From Naegleria gruberi (Eukaryota): a DNA stretch of 64,000 bases. The notes under the pieces are model-generated. The model was not told the origin of the DNA. It worked only from the letters and a program-made list of their open reading frames with translations, and did no database searches. This document shows positions 54,201 through 64,000 of the stretch, piece after piece; the first letter of the stretch is position 1, and each line of letters begins with the position of its first letter. Location: assembly GCA_000004985.1 (NCBI GenBank), contig GG738851.1. One strand, written 5' to 3'. The position numbers and the translations under genes are program-made.

Positions 54201-57200
54201 TTGATAGAGTTCTAAAGCAACCTCTTGGACATTTATTATTATGTGGTGAAAGTGGCAGTGGTAAAACTACTCTTTCAAGATTCGTTGCTTGGATGAATGA
54301 TTTCAGTGTATTCCAAATCAAGGCACACAGAAATTATAGTATCAAAGACTTTGAAGAAGATTTACGTAAGGTAATGAGAAGAGCAGGTTGTAAAGATGAA
54401 AAAATTTGCTTTATATTTGATGAATCAAATGTGCTCAAACCAAGCTTCTTGGAATACATGAACTCATTGTTGGCAAGTGGTGAAATACCAGGTTTATTTG
54501 AAGGAGATGAATATTCCAATTTGATAAGCATTTGTAAAGACTCAGCATCAACCAATAATGTACTCAATCTGGATACAGATGACGAAGTTTATCAATGGTT
54601 CATATCTCAAGTCCAAAAGAATCTACATATCGTTTTCACAATCAATCCAGCAAACGCAGACTTTAAGTCAAGGGCATCAACCTCCCCTGCTCTTTTCAAT
54701 AGATGTGTTATTGATTGGTTTGGAGGTTGGCCTTACCAAGGATTGTTCCAAGTTGCCACCGAATATACAATTCCTATTGTTAGAGAACTTACAAAAGATT
54801 CTAAAATGCAAATACCTGAATCACTTGTTGAAATTCATAACGTTGTTTGTAGACTTAGTTCAAATACTGATAAGAAGATTGGCAAAAAGGGTTTCATCTC
54901 TCCTAGACACTATCTAGACTTTATCAAACATCTCGTTCATGTACAAAAAGAAAAGCAACAAGAAATCAAAGAACAACAAAATCACATTGAACGCGGTTTG
55001 AAAAAGTTGAAAGAAACAGAAGGATATGTTTTCACTCTCCAACAACAACTCAAAGTTCAAGAACAGAAACTCTCAGAAAAGAATATTCAATCAAAGGAAA
55101 AGTTGGATCAAATCGTTGAAAACCAAAAGGTAGCCGAAAACAGAAAGCAAGAATTACTTATTCTTTCTAAGCAACTCGAAGAAAAGAGCGTAGGTATCAA
55201 TAGAAGAAAAGAAGAAAGTAGAACACAATTATCCCTTGTTCAACCTCTTCTCAAGAAGGCACAAGATGAAGTTAAAAAGATTGAACCAAAACATATACAA
55301 GAATTAAGAATATTGAATAATCCACCCATCACAGTTAAGAAAACTTTAGAAGCTGTTACTATTCTTCTTAGTCCAAATGAATGGGAAAAGTCTGCACCTT
55401 CTTGGGCTGATATCAGAAAAATAATAAGCTCTTTAGATTTCATTACTAATATCCGTACATTCGACCCAGAAACAGTAGTTATACCAAAGAAGTTAAGAAT
55501 GAGAATACAACAAACCTATCTAGATGACCCAAGTTTGGAAGAATCTAAAGTCTTCAATGCCAGTAAGGCTTGTGGTCCAATGATTTTATGGGTAACCTCA
55601 TGTGTTAAGTTTGCTGATATTGTCGAAAAAATAGAACCACTAAAAGCAGAAGTTAATGCTCTAGAGAAGGAAAGCTTAACATTAATCGATCAAGAAAAAG
55701 AGTTGAACAAGATTGTTTATTACCTCAAACAAAAAATTGACAGCTTTACTGATGAATATACTTCCCTTATGAAAGAAACAAAATCCATAGAAATGGAAAT
55801 GAACTCAGTTAAGAATAAGGTTAACAGATCAATGTCTTTAATTGAGAGTTTATCAAACGAAGCCTCCAGATGGTCTTCTCAAATAGATACTTTCAGAACC
55901 CAAATGGAAACAATTATTGGAGATTCTATTATTTCAGCTGCTTTCTTGTCATATTGTGGTTTCTTTGATGAACAAAATAGAAGAAATTTGTTGTTCATTT
56001 GGACCTCTGTACTTTCAAAGTACAATATTTACACTAGAGATAATCTTTCTCTTGTAGATTTCTTATCTACTCCACAAAAGAGATTGCAGTGGGAGACTTG
56101 TAAACTTCCTACAGATGATATTTGTCTCGAGAATGCTGTTATTTTAGAAAGATTTAATAGATTCCCTCTGATAATAGACCCAACAGGACAGGCCATAGAA
56201 TTTATATCCAACTTTTACAGAACAAAGAATCTTGTAAAGACCAGTTTTACAGATGAAAATTTCTTAAAGAGTCTTGAGAACTCCCTTAGATTTGGTACAC
56301 CAATTATGGTATCAGATGCTGAGAATGTAGATCCTATTTTAAATCCAATACTCAATCGTGAAGTTAAAAAGATAGCAGGAAGAAATATTGTTACACTAGG
56401 AAATCAAGATATCGATCTTTCTCCAACATTCCAGTTAATTTTAGTAACAAGAGACTCAACTCACCAATTTGAACCTGACTTATCAAGCAGAGTTACATTT
56501 GTAAACTTTTCTGTTACTCCTTCCAGTTTGAGAGGACAATGTCTTTCAGCTATCCTTCAACATGAGAAACCAGAAATTGATATCCAGAGATCAGAGCAAA
56601 TCAAGTTGCAAGGAGAATACAAGGTTAAACTCAGATCTCTTGAAGAATCACTTCTAGCATCATTAAGCGAAGCTAAAGGCTCTATTTTAGAAAATGAGTC
56701 TTTAATATCAACTTTAGAGAGTCTCAAAGAAAAATCAAAAGAAATTGAAACCAAAAAGAAAGAGTCTGAGAAGGTTATGGAAACACTAAGCACTATTAGT
56801 GAACTTTATGCACCATTAGCCTCCTTTTGTTCAAGCATTTACTTTACATTAACACAATTATCTGAACTTCATTACCTTTATATTTTCTCACTCTCTCTAT
56901 TTATGAGAACTCTCCATGAAGTCCTAATTATGCGGGAGAAAGAAAACTCAAATCGTGTTGAATTTCTAGTTAAGGCTTTATTTTATGAAATTTATAAGAG
57001 AATCTCTAGGAGTTTATTATATATGGATAGACTTGCTTTTGCCATTAAATTAGCTCACATCAAAATCGGCGACAACTTGATAGATCCAGAAGAAAAAAGG
57101 TTATTCCTTGAAGACTTAGTTGGTTCCTCAGGAATTACCATAGAAGAAAATGGGTTCAAATTTCCTTCTCTACAAAAGCATATGATAGAAAAAATGTCAT

Positions 57201-59281
57201 TAATTCCTGGCTTCCAAAATCTTGAAAAGCATGTTGAAGACAATTTTGAAGAATGGAAAGTCTTCTTTGAAGATGGAAATCATATTCCAACATGTTATCC
57301 TAAATCTGAAAATGAAATTCAAAACTCGTTTAGAGAAATGATGTTATTCAAGATATTCAAACCTGATCATTTAGTTAACCAAATGGAGAGATTTATTGGA
57401 TCTGTTTTTGGAAATGATTTCTTACATGGAAGGGAAACAAGTATCGATACTATTGTTGATAAGGAAGTTGATTGTTTTACTCCTTTAATATTGGCATCAG
57501 TACCTGGTCATGATGCATCAGTGTACATTGATGATTTGGTTAAAACAAATCAAAAGACTTGCTCTTCTGTTGCCATGGGTTCATCTGAATCATATGACCA
57601 GGCCGACAAAGCCATCAATATTGCTATCAAATCAGGATCATGGGTATTATTGAAGAATGTACATCTTTCACCTAAATATCTCTACAAACTTGAAAAAAAG
57701 CTACATTCTTTGAAATGCGATAATAGTATTAACAAGTCATTCAGATTGTTCTTGAGCAATGAGATTCATCCAAATATCAATCTTAATCTTCTCAGAATGT
57801 CATATACACTTGTATTTGAACCAGCCACTGGTATTAAGAGCTGTCTTACACAAACATTCTGCAACCTTTCCAAGGTACGTGTTGAAAAGCCACCAGTTGA
57901 AAGAACCAGACTCTATTTATTGGTGTCATGGCTTCATGCAGTTCTTCAGGAACGTTTACGTTATCCTCCTATTGGTTGGAGTAAGAAGTATGAATTTAAT
58001 CACACAGATTTGAAATCAGCATACGACACCATAGACAAGTGGGTTGATTTGTACTCTGAAGGTCAAACAAACACCAAACCAGAGGCATTACCATGGAAAG
58101 CCCTTCATTCTTTACTTGGAGAATCAATTTATGGTGGAAAGATAGACAATGAATTTGATATGGTTATTTTGAAGTCACTATTGGATGAATTAATGACTCC
58201 TGAAAGCTATAATCTTACATTTACATTACCAGGTATTGATTCAACATTCACAGGAAACAAGTTTGAGAACTTCCAATCATGGATCGAATCACTTCCAAAT
58301 CAACAACCACAATGGCTCGGCTTGCCAACAAATATTAATGAGTTAGTTAATATTAACAAGGCAAACTTGACAATCAGCCAAACTAACAAAATTAAGGATT
58401 TATCACATGATAATACAATTGAAGATCTTAAATCCATGCTGGCTAACACAACCCATGAAAAGATTAGTAATATTGAAGGAATGGAATCTACTATCAACGA
58501 ATGGACAGACATGCTTCCAACTAATTTCGAGTTCGAAATGAAGGAATCAAGTCAACTTGTTCAAGAAAACATTCCTGTATTCAAATTCTTCCAAAGAGAA
58601 TTGAAGACCATTGCATCAGTGCTTGCATTAGTTAAAACAGATTTATTGAATTTGACCAATATCAACAATGGAGAAGCCAAATATACCAACTACTATAGAC
58701 ACCTGATAGATAAATTGTCAAAAGGAAATGTTCCAAAGTCTTGGGGCCATAGCTATCCTTTCCTTGAAAATATTACTGTAAATATGTGGATTTTGGACCT
58801 TGTTAAGAGATTAGACCACCTTTTAGAAGTCAAGACCAATATTGAAAAGTTTGGACGCTTTTCCAATAACAATGAATCGATTTGGTTTGGAGGATTACTG
58901 TCACCTGAGGCATTCTTAACTGCAACCCGTGAAGAAACATCTAACATGCAAAAGATTCCACTTGAGAAGCTACAACTTTGCTTTGTTGATAGAAATCACC
59001 AAAACTCATTCACATTAGAAGGTTTATCAATTCAAAGTGCCAAGTTTATTGATGGTAGAGTATGCATTGGAAAAGAATTGAATTCAATCATTACTCCAAT
59101 TTCTCTTGCATGGGTTAGCTCTGAAATGTTAACTGAAGACATTTCTTCTATCAAAATACCTGTATATCAAAACTCTGCAAGAAAAAAGATCATTTGCTCT
59201 CTTTCTGTCAAGTATGATGAAGAAAATATCTCCAAGAATATAATCTATCAACGTGGTGTAGCTATTTTGGCAAAGGAATAA
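45238..59281 (+). CDS. DYNC1H1: Cytoplasmic dynein 1 heavy chain, ~4650 aa. Three exons: 45238..45499, 45542..46064 and 46114..59281. The ORF-track entry 46118..59281 is only the 3' exon.
   Basis: - AAA1 P-loop context: [40 protein letters not shown]…GSWGCFDEFNRL, diagnostic of cytoplasmic dynein 1.
- AAA3: GPPGSGKS. AAA4: GESGSGKTT.
- The C-terminus …YQRGVAILAKE matches …YERGVAVLCTE.
- Exon 3 begins …QEINYWHSLERTLS, homologous to human QEINFWLNLERAL at ~residue 235.
- The two upstream ORFs (88 and 167 aa) supply the missing ~255 N-terminal residues.
- They are joined by a GTTAGT donor with a 42-nt intron, then a GTAAGT donor with a 49-nt intron, both in phase.
- The exon sum is 13953 nt, divisible by 3. 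Confidence 0.9.
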
Positions 59282-59324
59282 AGTTTAATCCTTACAATGT
59301 ATCCTTGTATTGCCCAGTTGTTGT

Positions 59325-60134
59325 CTACTCCAATTCACTTTCAAAATTAATCTTTTTCCTGTTTGCTATTGGCACTTTGATGAAGTTTAAAGAACCATGC
59401 CATTGTTTTGTAAATTGTTGTACTCTTTCTTCCATAGTTTTTTTCTTTTTCAATCTCAAGTTTTTTGATAATATTGAGGATAATTTAGTTAGAAATTTAA
59501 ATTCAGATTCATTAAACTCGCTTCTATATCGTTTAAGATGCTTTTCAGTTATTTCATCTTCAGATTCCATAACTTTCTCAACAAGCTTTCTCAAAACTTG
59601 TCCAATAAAATCAAAATCCATAAACTCTATTTGTTTTTTTACAATTGGTTTGTTTGAATGATATTCCAATGTATTTACATTCCTTGTATTTTTACACATT
59701 CTATGATAATAATTTACAATAAATCTCATATAATTTACAGCTGGTTCTATTTCCATTTTGTAAGAAACAGATCCAAATAATTTAATTAAATTCTCTTCAA
59801 ATCTACACCAAAATTCCTCAATAAATGGAAAGTGAAATAACAAATCAAATAATAATAAGCTATTCTCTGAATATTTGTATTTAATTGTAAAGCAAATATC
59901 CACGTTCGTGATCCTATATCTCTTCAAATAAGGTTCAATTACCAATTTATAAATAGTGATTTCATCCTTTTTTTCACTATTTACGTACTCCCTAATAAAA
60001 TCAAAAGTTTCATGTAGGATTTTTAATAAATTTTTCTTTATCAATTCCAATCTCCAACTCTCCATCTTTCTATCAGCAATCAATGATGTACTTTTTCCCT
60101 CATCATCACAACCATCATCATTCCGATTCATCAT
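59325..60134 (-). CDS. Hypothetical protein, 269 aa, of unknown function.
   Basis: ATG at 60134 (atgatgaatcggaatgatgatgg). It has no recognisable motif. It converges on the dynein 3' end with a 44-bp spacer. Confidence 0.5.
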   Translation of the reverse strand: MMNRNDDGCDDEGKSTSLIADRKMESWRLELIKKNLLKILHETFDFIREYVNSEKKDEITIYKLVIEPYLKRYRITNVDICFTIKYKYSENSLLLFDLLFHFPFIEEFWCRFEENLIKLFGSVSYKMEIEPAVNYMRFIVNYYHRMCKNTRNVNTLEYHSNKPIVKKQIEFMDFDFIGQVLRKLVEKVMESEDEITEKHLKRYRSEFNESEFKFLTKLSSILSKNLRLKKKKTMEERVQQFTKQWHGSLNFIKVPIANRKKINFESELE

Positions 60135-60297
60135 TTTTGCATTTTCTTTTTAAATTTTTATTAATTAATCCAACAAGAATAATATAAACATCTTCTAATA
60201 TTTCTAAACTGATAATATCACAGCAATATTCCCTTGTTGCTTCTTTTTAACTAAACGCACTCCTTATTGTTGATGAAGAATAAATTCAATCAAAAAA

Positions 60298-62136
60298 ATG
60301 AAGAAAATTCTCAACAGTAGCAGCAGAACATTATCCTCTACACAATTGTTAACAACATTGAGAGTTGGTTCAAATCTCCTTCAAAAATCATCATCACATT
60401 GCTATTATTCAACATCTTCTACTACTATTGATACAAAGTATGCTGATAAAAAATGGTTGAATGGACCTGGATTGGAACATTTCATATCATCATCATCATC
60501 AACTGATGTTAATAACAATAATTGTGAATCATCATCACCAGAATCTAATAATAATATTACTATTGAAAATGTTACTACTAGTAATAATAATGAAAATAAG
60601 AAGGGTGTTTTTATAGAAACCTATGGATGTCAAATGAATGTTTCCGATACACAAATTATTTTAAGTATTTTGGATAAGAATGGATATAAATTAGTTGATA
60701 GTGATAAAGAAGCATCTGTTATTTTATTAAATACTTGTGCTGTACGTGAAAATGCAGAAAACAAAATTTGGATTCGTCTCAATGAATTAAAAAAGAAGAG
60801 ACATGAAAATAAGCATTTACATAATTTCAATCCTGAAGAATATCCTGTTAGTGGAGTTCAAATTGGTGTTTTAGGATGTATGGCAGAAAGATTAAAGACT
60901 AAATTGATTGAAACTAATATGGTTGATGTAGTTGTTGGACCAGATCAATATAGAGATTTACCAAATTTATTGAAAAAGAATGAAGAATCTGAAATGTTAC
61001 AAAGATCATTGGATGATAATGTTGAAGGTAGACAAGCTCAATTAAATGTCATGTTATCAATGGATGAAACTTATGCTGATATTGAACCTGTACGTGTTGG
61101 TGATACTGGTAAATCTGCATTTGTTTCAATTATGAGAGGTTGTGATAATATGTGTTCATATTGTATTGTTCCATTTACAAGAGGAAGAGAAAGATCGAGA
61201 GATATTACAAGTATTTTGAATGAAATTAGACAATTATCAAAGAATGGTATTAAGGAAGTTACCTTGTTAGGTCAAAATGTAAATTCATACAGAGATACAT
61301 CTGATAGTATATATCAAGAAAAATATAAGAATGAAGGAAAGGAAATTGAAACAACTGATGGTTTTAAAACAATTTACAAACCAAAAATTGGTGGTCTCAC
61401 ATTTACTGAACTTTTATATGAAGTTTCACAAATTGATAAGGAAATGAGAATTCGTTACACTTCTCCTCATCCAAAAGATTATCCAGATTCACTTATTGAA
61501 CTTATTAGAGAAACTCCAAATATTTGTAATCAAATTCACTTACCTGCTCAAAGTGGTTCAACAAATATGTTAGACAGAATGAGAAGAGGATACACTGCCG
61601 AATCATATATTGCTCTGGTTGATAGAATTAAGAATAGAATTCCAAATGTTGCATTGAGTTCAGATTTTATTGCTGGATTCTGTTCTGAAACTGAACAAGA
61701 TCATCAAGATACTCTCAAATTATTGAATCATGTGAAATATGATCAAGCTTATTTATTTGCCTATTCACTTCGTGAAAAGACTCATGCTCATAGAAATTAT
61801 GAAGATGATGTTCCAGCTGATGTGAAGAATCGTCGTTTGAATGAATTAGTTCAAACCTATCGTGAAAATTTAGCCATTCAATATGAAAAGGAAGTTGGTA
61901 CTTTACAATGTGTTTTAATTGATTCAGATTCAAAGAGAGATCCACAAAATTATTGGGTTGGAAGAACTGATAATAATAAGAGAGTTGTCATTCCAAAGAG
62001 TAAGGGTAATTTCAATGTTGGAGATTATATTGCTTGTACTATTCAATCATGGAGTGGTCAAACTCTTTTCTGTAATCTTGATGCTCCAATTGAAAAGGTT
62101 ACTTTACAAGATTTTTACAAAAATGTTCAATTTTAA
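60298..62136 (+). CDS. CDK5RAP1: CDK5RAP1/MiaB-family radical-SAM methylthiotransferase (mitochondrial tRNA ms2i6A37 type), 612 aa, with an N-terminal presequence-like leader and N-rich low-complexity inserts.
   Basis: - MTTase N-terminal domain: VFIETYGCQMNVSDTQIILSIL…LLNTCAVRENAENKIW.
- Radical-SAM cluster: MRGCDNMCSYCIVPFTRGRERSR.
- C-terminal TRAM-like region: VGTLQCVLIDSDSK….
- The leader MKKILNSSSRTLSSTQLLTTLRVGSNLLQKSSS lacks acidic residues. Confidence 0.85.
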   Translation: MKKILNSSSRTLSSTQLLTTLRVGSNLLQKSSSHCYYSTSSTTIDTKYADKKWLNGPGLEHFISSSSSTDVNNNNCESSSPESNNNITIENVTTSNNNENKKGVFIETYGCQMNVSDTQIILSILDKNGYKLVDSDKEASVILLNTCAVRENAENKIWIRLNELKKKRHENKHLHNFNPEEYPVSGVQIGVLGCMAERLKTKLIETNMVDVVVGPDQYRDLPNLLKKNEESEMLQRSLDDNVEGRQAQLNVMLSMDETYADIEPVRVGDTGKSAFVSIMRGCDNMCSYCIVPFTRGRERSRDITSILNEIRQLSKNGIKEVTLLGQNVNSYRDTSDSIYQEKYKNEGKEIETTDGFKTIYKPKIGGLTFTELLYEVSQIDKEMRIRYTSPHPKDYPDSLIELIRETPNICNQIHLPAQSGSTNMLDRMRRGYTAESYIALVDRIKNRIPNVALSSDFIAGFCSETEQDHQDTLKLLNHVKYDQAYLFAYSLREKTHAHRNYEDDVPADVKNRRLNELVQTYRENLAIQYEKEVGTLQCVLIDSDSKRDPQNYWVGRTDNNKRVVIPKSKGNFNVGDYIACTIQSWSGQTLFCNLDAPIEKVTLQDFYKNVQF

Positions 62137-62532
62137 ATTATTAAAACTCAGATAATTATTATTATAACCTTTTTTTAAAAGATTGAATCCACTTTACACA
62201 TGTAATATTCCTTCCTCCTAAAAAGACCAAAAATTAATTTACAGTAAACCAACATACAAAACATACAAAAGAAAAGGTTCAATCTAGCATATAACTTTGT
62301 AATCCACAATTAATCTTTTCGTTATCCTCCTCAATTTAATTGCCAACACGTTCTCAAACCCGTTGTCATCATTTCCCAATATTCAATTTGAATCTTTTTA
62401 GCGCATGAAGAAGCGGAAGAAGATCAAAATGTTTTTTGTCTACTACAACAAGCTTGTTGATGCGAGGCTTTAAAAATTTTAAATAATAATTTTTTTATTA
62501 ACTGAAAAAAATACACAAACAATAATACAAAG

Positions 62533-63469
62533 ATGCCAAGAGAAGACGAACAATACTCTGACGAAGAAAGAGATCAACAAGAACAAATCCAAGAAGAAGA
62601 CAATGGATTGAAGAGAAAGAGAGAAGACGATAACCAAGAAGATGCTAAGAAACAAAAGTATGATTATGATGCTAGAGCTGCTTACACTGTTATGCTCAGA
62701 AATCTTTCATACAATACTAGTGATGATAGCATTAAAGAAAAGCTCTCCAAGTATGGTTCTATTGTCAGAGTTAACATCCCAACCGATGAACGTGGTAGAT
62801 CGAGAGGTTACGGTTTCGTTGAATTCGACGAAGTTGAAGCTGCTCAAAAGGTTGTTGATTTGAAGGCTATGGAAATGGACGGTAGAGAAGTTCAATTGCA
62901 ACAATCCAAGGCTAGAGATGAATTCTCTGGTAGAACCACTCAAGTCTTTGTTGGTAACTTGCCTGAATCCGCTGAAGAACAAGATATTCGTGAATTGTTC
63001 GAAACCTGTGGTGAAATTGAAGAAGTCAGAATGCCAAAGGATAAGGATACTGGTATGTTTTTTATTAGTAATTTTATAATCTTATACAATGATAACAATA
63101 GAAAAGAAGAAGGGTTTCGCTTTTGTTCAATTCAGAGATTCATCATCTGTTAAAGCAGCCTTGGAAAAGGACGGTAGTGAATTCAAGGGAGTTAGCATTA
63201 GAGTTAATGAAGAAAAGTCCACTAGAAACAAGCAAAGAAGAGATAGATTCGATGATAGACGTGGTGGCCGTGGTGGTGGTGGTGATAGACGTGGTGGAAG
63301 AGGTGGTAACAGAAGATATGATGATAGAAGAGGTGGTGGTGATAGATATGAAAGAAGAGATGATAGAAGATCTTATGATGACAGAAGAGGTGGTGATGAT
63401 AGACGTGGTGGTGGTGGTAGATATGAAGACAGAAGAGGTGGAAGAGGTGATAGATATGAAAGAAGATAA
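62533..63469 (+). CDS. RNA-binding protein with two RRM domains and a C-terminal RGG/RG-rich (DRRGG)n tail, ~295 aa. Two exons: 62533..63052 and 63102..63469, with a 49-nt GTATGT…ACAATAG intron.
   Basis: - RRM1 has RNP2 TVMLRNLSY and RNP1 RGYGFVEF.
- RRM2 has RNP2 QVFVGNL and, after the intron, RNP1 KGFAFVQF.
- The tail reads DRRGGRGGGGDRRGGRGGNRRYDDRRGGGDRYERRDDRR….
- The exon 2 frame equals ORF 63089..63469.
- The exon sum is 888 nt, divisible by 3. Confidence 0.8.
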
Positions 63470-63539
63470 TTCTTTAAATTTGTTTCCAAATTAACACGTG
63501 TCCGTGTATTCTCCTAAAGTTTCATGTTCCTTATGTTTC

Positions 63540-63800
63540 CTTTACTCTCTCTTATAGTGTCGTTCCTGAGCTGCTCTCGCTGCTTCCAAATAAATCGTGC
63601 AAGAGAGACATCCACTCCCAACACTCCTGGTTGTGAATTGTCCCCCAACAAACACATTGGCTTGCAACTATCTCTGCACATACACTGATAGTACTCACTC
63701 CAACAACACACTGAAAAACATAATGCACTCCTCCACTCAACGATGGATAAGCTGCAATGATGCCATCCGATACTCAACAATACACACTCAAAATTTGATA
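63540..63800. other. GC-enriched (~45% GC), pyrimidine/A-rich non-coding island without a credible ORF, downstream of the RRM gene. It is either its 3' UTR or an unidentified ncRNA.
   Basis: The composition shift relative to flanking AT-rich DNA is seen directly. The only ORF (63514..63948, minus) is Cys/Leu-rich with atypical codon usage. No match to snRNA, SRP or RNase P core motifs was recognised by eye. Confidence 0.2.
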
Positions 63801-64000
63801 GTTCACCAATGATGATCCTATCAATAAAATAGAGTTGTAAACAAAACAAATTGTTGAATTGAGGAAAGTACAATGTTGGCTTAATGAGCAATCTATTTAC
63901 AAGTTGAATAGATCTATTTCTGGAAGGTTCCTTAACAAGTTCTTCCAAGCAATAGTATTAATTCAGAAATGATCAAAAAAATCGATTTTATCCATTTGCT

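Noticed and set aside
59305-59661. Plus-strand 118-aa ORF between the dynein and the hypothetical gene.
   Set aside because: It fully overlaps the better-supported minus-strand 269-aa gene and is Phe/Ile-rich from an AT-rich reverse frame.
63514-63948. Minus-strand 144-aa ORF at the window end.
   Set aside because: It is Cys/Leu/Trp-rich with codon usage unlike neighbouring genes. It runs through the GC-rich non-coding island, so it is more likely non-coding.

Overview
This is AT-rich (~67% AT) nuclear DNA from a unicellular eukaryote with the standard genetic code, A-rich pre-ATG context, frequent poly-N/poly-Q tracts and very short spliceosomal introns of about 40–105 nt (GTAAGT/GTATGT donors). 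The lineage is uncertain: amoebozoan/dictyostelid-like, or heterolobosean/Naegleria-like. A SHIPPO-type PGPG-repeat protein plus dynein argue for an organism that has or had cilia. Coding density is about 75%: roughly 26 protein genes on both strands and one 5S rRNA gene; no tRNA was found; no mobile element or CRISPR array was found.

Genes, in order:
- partial EGF-like-repeat receptor kinase
- small EF-hand protein
- polytopic PAS-domain adenylyl cyclase
- ABCG half-transporter with an unusual N-terminal extension
- SAM–kinase–degenerate Rab-like GTPase–ankyrin protein
- SDR oxidoreductase with 4 exons
- S/T-rich protein
- 5S rRNA
- STPGR/ODF3-like protein
- TauD/TfdA-like protein lacking both metal-binding histidines, with a Q/N/Y-rich insert
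- Wntless/TMEM181-like 8-TM protein
- mitochondrial Hsp70
- Nup214/Nup159-like FG nucleoporin
- MORN-repeat protein
- FEN1
- RCC1-repeat protein
- K/E-rich coiled-coil protein
- Q-SNARE
- mitochondrial FtsJ/MRM2-like methyltransferase
- two RI-type LRR proteins, one frameshifted
- two hypothetical proteins
- cytoplasmic dynein-1 heavy chain
- CDK5RAP1/MiaB-like methylthiotransferase
- RRM–RGG RNA-binding protein

The ORF track is stop-to-stop and prints M for TTG/GTG/CTG first codons. Several true starts and 5' exons therefore differ from the track, notably for the dynein, the SAM-kinase, the SNARE, FEN1 and the minus-strand LRR gene.

I do not see an obviously novel multi-gene 'system' such as a defence island or biosynthetic cluster. 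The most noteworthy items are the dispersed 5S gene, the pseudo-dioxygenase, the kinase–pseudoGTPase fusion, the receptor-like PAS-cyclase and the frameshifted LRR repeat array. Coordinates of exon junctions are hand-derived and may be off by ±1–3 nt.
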